Assembly: GCA_045648885.1 (NCBI GenBank)
Contig: JAZROV010000012.1
Coordinates: 1-55,198 of the forward strand
DNA: 55,198 nt
Reading direction: 5' to 3'
From: Candidatus Enterousia sp.
GTDB lineage: Bacteria > Pseudomonadota > Alphaproteobacteria > Rs-D84
This document shows positions 18,838-27,880 of this stretch, piece after piece. The notes beneath the pieces were generated by a model. That model had not been told where the DNA came from, made no database searches, and was given only the letters and a program-made list of their open reading frames with translations. Positions within the stretch are counted from its first letter, which is position 1, and each line of letters begins with the position of its first letter. Position numbers and translations under genes: made by a program.

Positions 18838-19508
18838 GCGTTTGATAACACCAGATATTTTGGTTCGGTCGTGCCGGCTTTGTTTTTTATTTGATATCGG
18901 GTTTTTATAATGTTTAACGTGGTCGATTTTATTTTTAATCTGGTTCGTTTTAATTGTTCGATTATCCAATCATAATATTCAAAATGGTCTGTGCCGATAA
19001 TTATCGTTCCATCGTCAGCCAGAAAAGCCGATAATAAATTCAAAAATTCATGATTTAACAGGCGACGTTTTTCATGGCGCGCTTTGGGCCATGGGTCGGG
19101 ATGCAAAACCCAGATTTGATTGAATTTTATGTTTTTGAAATCGTCTTGTTTTAACAGTAATCGGACATCGTCAGCATGAATGCGAATGTTTTTATATTCA
19201 TTAAATACCGTATCATCCGATTCGTTTGTAATGGACGAAAGCAGGGCGGCAACGCCGTTCATAAATGGTTCTGCACCCAAAATAATTGAATCAGGATTCG
19301 TATGAGCCAAATCGCAGATGTGTTCGCCATTTCCAAAACCAATTTCCAAAATAGTTGGTTTTTGGGCGATTTCCAACGCTTTTGGTGCGATTTTTGGTAA
19401 TAAATTTTCAATCAATCGCGATTTTCGAGCAGACAATTTCTTTCCGTGTCGCCGGCCAAAAGTTCGCAATTCATTGTTTTCAAAATGTTTTAATTCTTGT
19501 TTTTCCAT
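18834..19508 (-). CDS. trmB: tRNA (guanine-N7)-methyltransferase
   Basis: SAM-binding EIGFGNGEH, plus VLHPDPWPKARHEKRRL, which is typical of TrmB. Confidence 0.88.
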   Translation of the reverse strand: MEKQELKHFENNELRTFGRRHGKKLSARKSRLIENLLPKIAPKALEIAQKPTILEIGFGNGEHICDLAHTNPDSIILGAEPFMNGVAALLSSITNESDDTVFNEYKNIRIHADDVRLLLKQDDFKNIKFNQIWVLHPDPWPKARHEKRRLLNHEFLNLLSAFLADDGTIIIGTDHFEYYDWIIEQLKRTRLKIKSTTLNIIKTRYQIKNKAGTTEPKYLVLSNA

Positions 19509-19558
19509 ATAATTAGTATAAAATCAGTTTGTTATAAAAACAAGGGGTGAAATAAAAA

Positions 19559-21133
19559 ATGCGTAAAGGCCTGTCAAAAGATTTAATAGCGCGTGTTTTG
19601 GGCGGTGCACCAAAATATACACTGGAAGAATTAGAAGCAAAATTTCCACCACGTGAATTGATTGAGGGTGCGATGGTGACGCGTTTTGCGCCCAGTCCGA
19701 CCGGTTTTATGCATATTGGAAATTTATATGGTGCACTGATTGATTATAAATTGGCCCAACAGTCAAATGGTGTTTTTATGTTGCGCATTGAAGATACAGA
19801 TACAAAACGCGAAGTTTCTGGTGCAGTCGAAGTTGTCAAAGATGCAATGAAACGGTTCGGTTTTGAATATAATAATGACGAAAAATATGGCCCGTATTAT
19901 CAATCGCAACGTAAAGAAATCTATCGTTCTGTGGCGGCATATTTATTAGAAAACGGTTTGGCATATCCTTGCTTTTTAACGTCGTCAGAAATGGAAGAGA
20001 TTCGTGCAAAACAAAGCGCGGCTGGTTTTGCAACTGGTATTTACGGTGAATTTGCGCGTGACCGTGATATAGACACACAAGATATCATCAAACATTTGGA
20101 TAACGGTGAAATTCCGACAATTCGTTTGTATTCAATGGGAAATCCAGAAACACGAATTTACTGTAAAGATGCTGTACGTGGTTCGATTTCTTTTCCGGAA
20201 AATAACGAAGATTTGGTTTTGATTAAATCTAATGATGGTTTGCCAACTTATCATTTTGCACATTTGGTGGATGATCATTTTATGCGCACAACGCATGTTG
20301 TTCGTGGTGAAGAATGGTTGCCATCATTGCCGTTGCATTATCAATTGTTCCGGACGATGGGGTGGACGCCGCCACTTTATATCCATACATCTACATTGGA
20401 TAAAATTGATTCAGAAACTGGCAAACAGCGCAAAATGTCGAAACGTAAAGACCCTGAAAGTAATGTTGCGTTTTTCATCAAAGATGGTTGGCCAACAAAT
20501 GCCGTGATTGAATATTTGGGCAATATTTTGGCATCTGGATATGAAGAAGCAAAATTAAAAGGCAGCGTGAAATCGTTTTGGGAATATGAAATGCGGCCCA
20601 AAAAGATACCTATGTCGGGCGCCTTGTTTGATATGAAAAAATTAGAATGGTGGGCCAAAGAGTATATTGCGACTTTGCCGGTGGACACATTGGTAAATTC
20701 TGTTGCAAATTGGGCACGCGAATATGGAAATGAAGAAAACAAAAAACAAATTGCAGATATTGATTATCTGACGCGTGTTTTATCTATTGAACGTGATAAC
20801 CCGAAACGTATTCGCAAAGATTTCATTACGTGGCAACAGACTTTGACAGAGGTTGCGTATTTCTGGGATTTATTGTTCGTTCCAAATAAAGAATACGAAT
20901 ATAATCGTGATGTTTTGCGTGAATTTTTGGCCGTTTATGATGCGGGCGATGACAAAGATACATGGTGGAATAAAATTGTCGAAATTGCTGGCAAATTAAA
21001 TGTTAAACCGGGCGATGCCGCAATGAATTTGCGTGTTGCAATGACTGGTCGAACAAATACCCCAGATTTGTATTCTTTGATGTCTGTATTGGGCGGCGAG
21101 CGTGTGCGTAATCGTATAAATATGGTTTTATAG
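19559..21133 (+). CDS. gltX: Glutamyl-tRNA synthetase
   Basis: Class I motifs are present: PSPTGFMHIGNLYGAL (HIGH-type) and KMSKR (KMSKS). 524 aa. Confidence 0.93.
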   Translation: MRKGLSKDLIARVLGGAPKYTLEELEAKFPPRELIEGAMVTRFAPSPTGFMHIGNLYGALIDYKLAQQSNGVFMLRIEDTDTKREVSGAVEVVKDAMKRFGFEYNNDEKYGPYYQSQRKEIYRSVAAYLLENGLAYPCFLTSSEMEEIRAKQSAAGFATGIYGEFARDRDIDTQDIIKHLDNGEIPTIRLYSMGNPETRIYCKDAVRGSISFPENNEDLVLIKSNDGLPTYHFAHLVDDHFMRTTHVVRGEEWLPSLPLHYQLFRTMGWTPPLYIHTSTLDKIDSETGKQRKMSKRKDPESNVAFFIKDGWPTNAVIEYLGNILASGYEEAKLKGSVKSFWEYEMRPKKIPMSGALFDMKKLEWWAKEYIATLPVDTLVNSVANWAREYGNEENKKQIADIDYLTRVLSIERDNPKRIRKDFITWQQTLTEVAYFWDLLFVPNKEYEYNRDVLREFLAVYDAGDDKDTWWNKIVEIAGKLNVKPGDAAMNLRVAMTGRTNTPDLYSLMSVLGGERVRNRINMVL

Positions 21134-21157
21134 TTTATATAGCAAAGGAAGGAAAAA

Positions 21158-21922
21158 ATGGTAAAAAACAAAAAACTGGTTAAGCAGAAATTACGCGCTT
21201 TAAAACGCGACAAACATGCCAGTACACTTTTGCGTGTTTTGCAGGCGACGGGGTTATTTCGCTGGGAACGTAAATCTACTAAATCAGAAGAGGCTTTGAA
21301 TATTTTAACACATGGCATCGGCATCGGTTTGGCGATTGCTGCATTGTGTCTGTTGGTTGCATTCGCGGTTGTTCATCATAATCCATGGGCGGTGGTTGCG
21401 TGTTCTATATTTGGTGTGACAATGTTCACTTTGTATTTTGGGTCAACCATGTGTCATGTTTCGATTGGCGACAAAAGTGAATGTTTTTTTGAGGTATGGG
21501 ATTCAATCGCAATTTATGCGTTGATTGCTGGGACGTACACTCCGTTTTTATTGGTGAATTTAATTCACGGCGGGTATTGCGCATTGGGTTGGACTATGTT
21601 CGGCATATTGTGGTCAATTGTCGTATTTGGTGCAGTTATGAAAATCATCAGTCCGCGTCGTCAGCCAAAATGGATGGTTGCGCTTTATCTGGTTATGGGG
21701 TGGGCGTTGCTTTGGATTTTGCCAGCGATGATTAAGACTATATCCGCGCGTGGAATGTGGTTTGTGTTGGCGGGCGGTTTGTCTTATTCTGTTGGTGTGA
21801 TATTTTATTTATGGCGCAAAATGAAATTTGCACATGCGCTTTGGCATTTGTTTGTTATCGGGGGCAGTGTGTGTTTCTTTTTTGCAGTTCTGTTCGGGTC
21901 AATAATTGATTTTGTAGCGTAA
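21158..21922 (+). CDS. Hemolysin III / PAQR-family membrane protein
   Basis: 7-TM protein with conserved N..THG near TM1 (LNILTHGIG) and the C-terminal HALWHLFV motif. Confidence 0.8.
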   Translation: MVKNKKLVKQKLRALKRDKHASTLLRVLQATGLFRWERKSTKSEEALNILTHGIGIGLAIAALCLLVAFAVVHHNPWAVVACSIFGVTMFTLYFGSTMCHVSIGDKSECFFEVWDSIAIYALIAGTYTPFLLVNLIHGGYCALGWTMFGILWSIVVFGAVMKIISPRRQPKWMVALYLVMGWALLWILPAMIKTISARGMWFVLAGGLSYSVGVIFYLWRKMKFAHALWHLFVIGGSVCFFFAVLFGSIIDFVA

Positions 21923-21930
21923 AGTTATTA

Positions 21931-21962
21931 AAAAAATACCGCCATAACGGCGGCGTTTTTTT
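21931..21962. terminator. Bidirectional rho-independent terminator between convergent genes
   Basis: A-run, then CCGCC-ataac-GGCGG, then T-run, between the PAQR gene (+) and der (-). Confidence 0.55.
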
Positions 21963-23289
21963 ATTCATTATCGAACGGGTTTTCTGATTTTTTATATTCG
22001 ATTATAATTGGCAAGTGTTCCCATTTTAACGCATTCGCAATTCCACGACGCAAATACCGTGTATAAGATTCAGGTATATCAGATGCCCCACCGACATTGA
22101 TAGCGATACGCATAGGCCGCGTTCCGGTTTGATGTGCAAATTTTATCTTCATCGGTCGTTTCAATCGTGACATAGGTGGCTGACGATCTGCGACTAATTT
22201 TTCAATGATGCGATTTATCAAACTGGTTGGGGTGGTGCTTTCCGATATATCCCATTGTTCATAAACGCGTTTGAATAAATTTTGAACACCGGTTCCCGTC
22301 TGGGCAGATATAGCCAATATCAACGGTTTGATAATTTGGTGGAAAGAATTTGTAAATTGGTGTTTCAATTTTAATAATTTTTCATCACGTTCAATTGGGT
22401 CAATCAAATCCCATTTATTTAATGCAACACATAATATTTTCCCGGCATCATATACGCGACCAGCAATAGATAACGCCTGGTTTTCAATATTTTTTGTGGC
22501 GTCTACGATTAAAATTACAATATCTGATTTTTCAATCGCGTCCAAAGATTTTAATGCAGACAAAGTTTCTACGTCATCGGTTACGCCCGATTTACGTCGC
22601 AGACCAGCAGTATCCATGATTACTATATCGCGGCCGTAAAAATGTGTTGGTATTTTAACAGTGTCGCGTGTGATACCCGGTTCATCCTTTACAATCTGGC
22701 GATTTTCACCCAAAACACGATTTACAAAAGTAGATTTTCCCACATTTGGTTGCCCCAACACTGCGATTTTTATTTTTTTGTCTGGTGCGGTTTCGCATTT
22801 GTCGTTTGGACATATTTTATCAATGAATTCGTAAATATCGTCAAACCCGCGTTTGTGTTCTGCAGATATTAAAACCGGTTCGCCAAAACCCAATTTATAG
22901 AAATCATTTATATCATTCAAACGTTTGGATGATTCAGTTTTATTTATCAGCAACAGTGCAGGTGCTTTCGTTTTTTTATGAACCAATTTTGCCCATTCGA
23001 TATCCATTGGGTTTAACCCGACGCGTCCGTCAACGACAAATAAAATTACATCGGCATTTTCAATTGCGCGCATAGCCATGTCGGTTGAATCGCGGCCAAT
23101 GCCGGATTTCGTGTTTTCGAGGCCCGCCGTATCAATCACATTCCATGGACGGTTTGGTATTGTTCCCGATATTATATCGCGTGTGACACCAGGGCGGTCG
23201 TGAACCAGTGCGTCCCGCGAATTAGTCAATCCATTAAATAATGTTGATTTGCCTGTGTTTGGGCGACCAACAATAACTAAGTTTTTCAT
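21961..23289 (-). CDS. der: Ribosome-associated GTPase Der (EngA)
   Basis: Two GTPase domains (GRPNTGKST..DTAG; GQPNVGKST..DTAG..NKWD) and a KH-like C-terminus. The start is set at MKNLVIVGRPN (ATG 23289), not at the longer track ORF. Confidence 0.93.
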   Translation of the reverse strand: MKNLVIVGRPNTGKSTLFNGLTNSRDALVHDRPGVTRDIISGTIPNRPWNVIDTAGLENTKSGIGRDSTDMAMRAIENADVILFVVDGRVGLNPMDIEWAKLVHKKTKAPALLLINKTESSKRLNDINDFYKLGFGEPVLISAEHKRGFDDIYEFIDKICPNDKCETAPDKKIKIAVLGQPNVGKSTFVNRVLGENRQIVKDEPGITRDTVKIPTHFYGRDIVIMDTAGLRRKSGVTDDVETLSALKSLDAIEKSDIVILIVDATKNIENQALSIAGRVYDAGKILCVALNKWDLIDPIERDEKLLKLKHQFTNSFHQIIKPLILAISAQTGTGVQNLFKRVYEQWDISESTTPTSLINRIIEKLVADRQPPMSRLKRPMKIKFAHQTGTRPMRIAINVGGASDIPESYTRYLRRGIANALKWEHLPIIIEYKKSENPFDNE

Positions 23290-23358
23290 ATGTTTTTTCC
23301 ATTGATTTTTTATAATTATAAAGCAAAAATATAAATAATCAAACACTGGAGGCAAAAA

Positions 23359-23955
23359 ATGAGAGCAAAAAAAAGAAGTTGGTTTTCGCGATTGGCTGAT
23401 GTGTTTTTCAGACCAAAATATTTCTTTTCTAAAATCGTTGCAGACGGAAAAATGGAAGACGCAATGTTGCGCGCGTTTATGTGGGGGCTGGTTGGCGGCA
23501 TAGTAGTTTTGATTGTGAATTTGTTGCGTGGAAATCCGTTCACTGTGGCGTCTTTGTTCAAAGCGTTCGTTGTTTATCCGGTTTTGGCGGTTGTAGTTTT
23601 GTTTATCTGTGCAGGTTTGATGATGTTGGTGTCTGAAATCACATCTGGGGATCGTGATTGGGAAATCGCGGTAAAGGGCATAGCGTCTATATTTTTTGTG
23701 TACCCAATGGCGTTGATTTTGAATGCGCTGGCGTTTGATTGCAGATCTATTTGGGCAATCAGTATGGCGACTGATTTATATATGCTGTTTTTGCTTTATA
23801 ATATCGCAGTGTATTGCATGCATGGGAAAAAGATAAGTGTGATTTTTGTTTTAATGGTTGGTGCAGTGTTTTTGGCCGCAGTGTATTTGTCTGATTTTCG
23901 AACACTGTGGTTTTTAGTGAAAAATATTCCGGCCACGTTGAAATGTTTCTTTTAA
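23359..23955 (+). CDS. Multi-pass membrane protein, Yip1-like
   Basis: 198 aa with about 5 TM helices after a short cytoplasmic N-terminus. The family call is tentative. Confidence 0.4.
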   Translation: MRAKKRSWFSRLADVFFRPKYFFSKIVADGKMEDAMLRAFMWGLVGGIVVLIVNLLRGNPFTVASLFKAFVVYPVLAVVVLFICAGLMMLVSEITSGDRDWEIAVKGIASIFFVYPMALILNALAFDCRSIWAISMATDLYMLFLLYNIAVYCMHGKKISVIFVLMVGAVFLAAVYLSDFRTLWFLVKNIPATLKCFF

Positions 23956-23987
23956 AAAATAACCGCCAAACGGCGGTTGTTTTTTTA
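23955..23987. terminator. Bidirectional rho-independent terminator
   Basis: A-run, then AACCGCC-aaac-GGCGGTT, then T-run, between convergent genes. Confidence 0.7.
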
Positions 23988-25025
23988 AAACCCGCTTTTC
24001 AGGCCGACTGCGAAAAATGGCGTTGTATCAGCGAATCCGCCGGACATAAACAGTGCGGTGTTTTCGCTGTATTTATAACGGAATGACGCAACCAGTGTGT
24101 TCACATAATCACCGTCATCTAATTCAACGCCGTCGCGGGTTTTATGATGCCAAATGTTTGTATCTGAAAACATGTATGTCAAAGATATACTGGATTGCAA
24201 TAAATCATAACTGACCCCAGTGCCAGCAATTATGCCGTCTGCAGTTTTTGTTATCGGTTTATAATCGTATATCATACGAAAAGACGTACCCCAGATAAAA
24301 CTGTTGTATTGCAGATTTATCCCCAACGCCATTTGTGTTCGCCAATCTGCAATTGTTGGTATGGAAAAACTGGTTTCAGAAAAACCGTCTGGTTTATCCA
24401 TATACGACAGTGCCAATGAATATGCAGTTTTTACTTTTCCATTTGGTTGTTTTAATTTAATTGCGAAATCAATTGCGTAATTGTAATCGTCATCAAAAGC
24501 GGCAAGCGACAGGCCATATTGACCGTATTTAGTAGCAGTTGTAGCCAAATTCAGCCGCAACGAATCGCGTCCTGTTGTCGCAGTTGTATCTGAAATTAAA
24601 ACCTGGTCTAATTTTAATTCGTCATGCAAAATAGATTTTTCATTTAAATTTAAATATCCGACGTCTGGCAGCCCCAGTCCCATTTTGCGCGCGATTGAAT
24701 TAGTTAAACCGATTTCAGCGCGACCGATTTTGCGATCTTCGATTAAAACAAAAGCATCATGGACATAATCGTTGTCTTCGACGCTGTCCGCTTCTATGGA
24801 ATAGGTTGCACCGATTCGTGTGGTTGAATTAAATTTATAAAACGCCTGGGTTTTCACTTCCCAATCATCGATGAAAACAGGTTTATCGCTTTTAGGTTCT
24901 AAAAACCCGACCATACCGTCTGCGTCCAAAACGAATTTCCAATTATTGACCGAATAATCCAGTGCATGTGCGTTTGTTGTGGCAACGGCCAAAACAGTCA
25001 TTAAAAAAATTTTTTGTTTTATCAT
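23985..25025 (-). CDS. Porin-like outer-membrane beta-barrel protein
   Basis: Signal peptide (..TNAHA), long alternating-strand pattern and a C-terminal ..GLKSGF. Confidence 0.6.
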   Translation of the reverse strand: MIKQKIFLMTVLAVATTNAHALDYSVNNWKFVLDADGMVGFLEPKSDKPVFIDDWEVKTQAFYKFNSTTRIGATYSIEADSVEDNDYVHDAFVLIEDRKIGRAEIGLTNSIARKMGLGLPDVGYLNLNEKSILHDELKLDQVLISDTTATTGRDSLRLNLATTATKYGQYGLSLAAFDDDYNYAIDFAIKLKQPNGKVKTAYSLALSYMDKPDGFSETSFSIPTIADWRTQMALGINLQYNSFIWGTSFRMIYDYKPITKTADGIIAGTGVSYDLLQSSISLTYMFSDTNIWHHKTRDGVELDDGDYVNTLVASFRYKYSENTALFMSGGFADTTPFFAVGLKSGF

Positions 25026-25957
25026 TTTTCTTCTGTAATCAGGGTTGGTTTATTGTTTGTTTCATTCAAAATTGCGTCGCGCAGTTTATTATATGCGCGT
25101 TCTTCGATTTGTCGGACGCGTTCACGCGATATTCCGTATTTTTGCGACAAAGTTTCCAATGTTGCCACCGGGTCAGACAACCGCCGTGCCATCAATATTT
25201 CGCGGTCGCGGTCGGGCAGGTTTGCCAAATGTTTTCGTAATAATTCATATCCGCGCCGTTTGAAATCAAGTTGTTCAATACCGTCTGCAACATTGATTCT
25301 GGAATCGGCCATATTTGATAAAATGTCATGCGCATCAGAATCAGAATTCATCGGCGCGTTCAAAGACACATCGCGTGCAGACATTCGTGTTGCGACATTT
25401 GCAACATCGCTTTCTGGGACGGATAAATATTCTGCGATTTGTTTTGTTTGCGCATCAGACAAAGATTTATCCATTATGCCCAACGCGCGTTTTGCGCGTG
25501 TTAAATTAAAGAAAACGCGTTTTTGATTTGCAGACGTTCCCAATTTCACAATTGACCAATTATTTAATATAGTTTCGTAAATTTCCGCTTTGATCCAAAA
25601 CATAGCGTACGTAGAAAACCGAAATCCGCGGTCTGGGTCGAATTTTTGCAGCGCCTGCATCAGGCCCATATTACCACTGGCAATCAAATCAGACACCGGC
25701 AGGCCGTAATTTTTGAAATCGTATGCCACCGACACAACCAGACGCAAGTGCGAAGCAATCAATTTTTCAGCCGCGACATTATCGTGTTCATTTGCCCATT
25801 TTGTTGCATATTCGTATTCTTGCTCGGCGGTTAAAATCGGGAATTTTTGAATTTCATTGATGTATTTAGTCAAACTGACATCGTCATTCGCGCCTAATAC
25901 TGTTGTTGAAAGGGCGTTTGATTTTGATGGCAAAGTTGTCTTGATTTGCTTTTTCAT
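25022..25957 (-). CDS. rpoH: RNA polymerase sigma-32 (heat-shock sigma factor)
   Basis: Sigma-70 regions 2-4 are present. The RpoH-box-like QKRVFFNLTRAK is present, along with region 4.2 (TLETLSQKYGISRERVRQIEERA). Confidence 0.9.
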   Translation of the reverse strand: MKKQIKTTLPSKSNALSTTVLGANDDVSLTKYINEIQKFPILTAEQEYEYATKWANEHDNVAAEKLIASHLRLVVSVAYDFKNYGLPVSDLIASGNMGLMQALQKFDPDRGFRFSTYAMFWIKAEIYETILNNWSIVKLGTSANQKRVFFNLTRAKRALGIMDKSLSDAQTKQIAEYLSVPESDVANVATRMSARDVSLNAPMNSDSDAHDILSNMADSRINVADGIEQLDFKRRGYELLRKHLANLPDRDREILMARRLSDPVATLETLSQKYGISRERVRQIEERAYNKLRDAILNETNNKPTLITEEK

Positions 25958-26011
25958 AACTTTTATAGTATAGCAATAAAATAGAATTTATCAAGCCCAG
26001 GAGAATTTGTT

Positions 26012-26665
26012 ATGACAAGTATCTTAGAAAGAAATAAAAACCTTAAAAAGCCAGTTCAAAAAACACGCGAAGAATACGCCGAAGATGCGCTTTACCGCGA
26101 AGTCTGGGAAGATGTCAACAATGAAAAAACTCAACAGTTTGTGAAAAAATATTGGAAATATATTGTTGGCGCGGTCGTTGCGATTATGTTGATTATGTCT
26201 GGGGTTCAAATTGGGCGGCGTATGTATCATTCTGCGAAATTGGCGACGGCGGGGGTATATGAAACTGCGGTTGCAAACGGCGATGCAGGTGCGCTGGCAA
26301 ATCTGGCGAAAAACAGCGGTGGTGCAACATCTGATTTGGCGATGTTTCAATCGTATTTAATTGATAAAGATGTTAAAAAACTGGAATATTTGGCGGATAA
26401 AGCGGATACGCGTGATTTCAAAGATTTAGCGCGTTTGCATTTGGCATCAATCAATGGTGATAAAATGAGCGCGGATGAATTTGAAAAATATTTGTCATCG
26501 ATGAATAATAAACATTCGCCGCTGTTTTATTCTGCACAATTGATGATTGCGCAAAAATATTTGGCGGCGGGGGACAAAGCGCGCGCTGATAAATTTTTAG
26601 ATGCGATTATAAATGATGCAGATGCGCCACAATCAATTCTGGTAAATGCCCAGATGATGAAATAG
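26012..26665 (+). CDS. YfgM-like membrane-anchored TPR-like protein
   Basis: Single TM helix after a charged N-terminus, followed by a helical repeat domain. It sits immediately upstream of the bamB-like lipoprotein, as in yfgM-bamB pairs. Confidence 0.55.
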   Translation: MTSILERNKNLKKPVQKTREEYAEDALYREVWEDVNNEKTQQFVKKYWKYIVGAVVAIMLIMSGVQIGRRMYHSAKLATAGVYETAVANGDAGALANLAKNSGGATSDLAMFQSYLIDKDVKKLEYLADKADTRDFKDLARLHLASINGDKMSADEFEKYLSSMNNKHSPLFYSAQLMIAQKYLAAGDKARADKFLDAIINDADAPQSILVNAQMMK

Positions 26666-26675
26666 GGTGGTTTGG

Positions 26676-27407
26676 TTGAAAAAATATTTTGCGTTTTTGT
26701 TGACTTTGGTGGCGGTTGCAGGCTGCGCAGAACACGATCCGATTTTGCCGGGAATGCGGGTTGATATTTTTGATGTATCGAATGTCAGGGTTGAAAATAT
26801 AGACGTTCCGCAATTATCAAATGATGCAAAAAATATATCTGGGGATGCAAAATGCGAATATACCCAAGATTCGTCTAATAACATTTTTATCGGCGATAAA
26901 AAAATATTTTCGGGTTTTTCAACAAACAGCGTTGTGCGCAGTAATCAATCACCAATTTGCACAGGGGGATTTATTTATACCGGTCTGACCACTGGGGAAG
27001 TTATCAAGATAAACGCATCGAACCATCGGGTTGTTTGGGCGACGGATGTTTTTCGTGCGTCGACTATGACGGGGGGAACGCCGGTTGTTGATATTGTTGC
27101 GCATGTTGGCGTGGACAAAGATTTTGTGTATGCGGGCGGTTTGGGCGATGCATTTTGTAAATTGAATAAATACAGTGGCGAAAAAATTTGGTGTTTGGAT
27201 ATATCTGTGCCGGTTGATTTTATAATGGTTGATAATTTTGTTTTTGTTGTCGGGGGTAATGGTACATTGTATGCAATCAACGCAAATAATGGAAAAATTT
27301 ATTGGATGACGGAAAAAGTTCCACAAATTAAACCGAATTATCAAAATAATTTGTTAACCATTGGAAATTTGCGAATAAATTATCATAACGGCAAAATTGA
27401 AAAATAG
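26676..27407 (+). CDS. Short BamB-like (PQQ beta-propeller repeat) lipoprotein
   Basis: Lipobox LVAVAGC. PQQ-like repeats are present (GEVIKINASNHRVVWAT; GDAFCKLNKYSGEKIWC; GTLYAINANNGKIYWM). The likely TTG start at 26676 gives MKKYFAFLL; the track uses GTG 26667. At ~243 aa it is much shorter than typical BamB. Confidence 0.55.
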   Translation: MKKYFAFLLTLVAVAGCAEHDPILPGMRVDIFDVSNVRVENIDVPQLSNDAKNISGDAKCEYTQDSSNNIFIGDKKIFSGFSTNSVVRSNQSPICTGGFIYTGLTTGEVIKINASNHRVVWATDVFRASTMTGGTPVVDIVAHVGVDKDFVYAGGLGDAFCKLNKYSGEKIWCLDISVPVDFIMVDNFVFVVGGNGTLYAINANNGKIYWMTEKVPQIKPNYQNNLLTIGNLRINYHNGKIEK

Positions 27408-27440
27408 CGTTTTTTTGATGTAATTTTTTGGAAAAAAAGA

Positions 27441-27468
27441 ATGTCACAATTTTTGTGACATTTTTTGT
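27441..27468 (+). terminator. Rho-independent terminator after the bamB-like gene
   Basis: ATGTCAC-aattttt-GTGACAT followed by TTTTT. Confidence 0.65.
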
Positions 27469-27503
27469 TTGTATGATTTGTTTGTTTTTGATAGAATGAT
27501 TAT

Positions 27504-27686
27504 GTCGACGGGTGTTCCGTTGATGGGGTGTCAGAACCCGTTTTGAGTTGCGTCCAAGTTGTGACGAAAAAATCTCCAACCATACAAAGGGTTGGAGGGT
27601 TGCCGAATATATTGAATAAGGCACACAATTTCAACTCAAATTGTTCTGAACCTCCAACCACTTGAATTTTCATTGTGGTTTTTTTG
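27504..27686 (+). ncRNA. Candidate small RNA (promoter-to-terminator unit, ~180 nt)
   Basis: Promoter: -35 TTGTAT (27469-74), 17-nt spacer, -10 TAGAAT (27492-97). Internal helices: ACGGGT..ACCCGT, long-range TTTGAGTTG/CAACTCAAA, and CTCCAACC-atacaaag-GGTTGGAG. Terminator: AACCAC-13 nt-GTGGTT followed by a T-run. Confidence 0.4.
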
Positions 27687-27716
27687 CGTTTGATAAACGC
27701 GAACAAGATTTTTGGG

Positions 27717-27831
27717 TTACCCCCCACGGCGCGGCGCGCCACTCCCCCCGTGGGGGAGAATAACGGAGCGTTGCCCCCAGCCCTAAATTCCGCCCCACGG
27801 GGGCGGGGGACCGCTTGCGGTGGTGGGGGTA
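27717..27831. repeat. GC-rich repeat island B (single ~110-nt unit)
   Basis: Near-copy of 571-680, running ACCCCCCACGGCGCGG...GGTGGTGGGGGT, with imperfect terminal inverted repeats ACCCCCCAC / GTGGGGGT. Confidence 0.85.
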
Positions 27832-27880
27832 TCGAAAGAAATAACAAAAACAAGAACAGAAAGCAAAAGGAGCAAAACCT

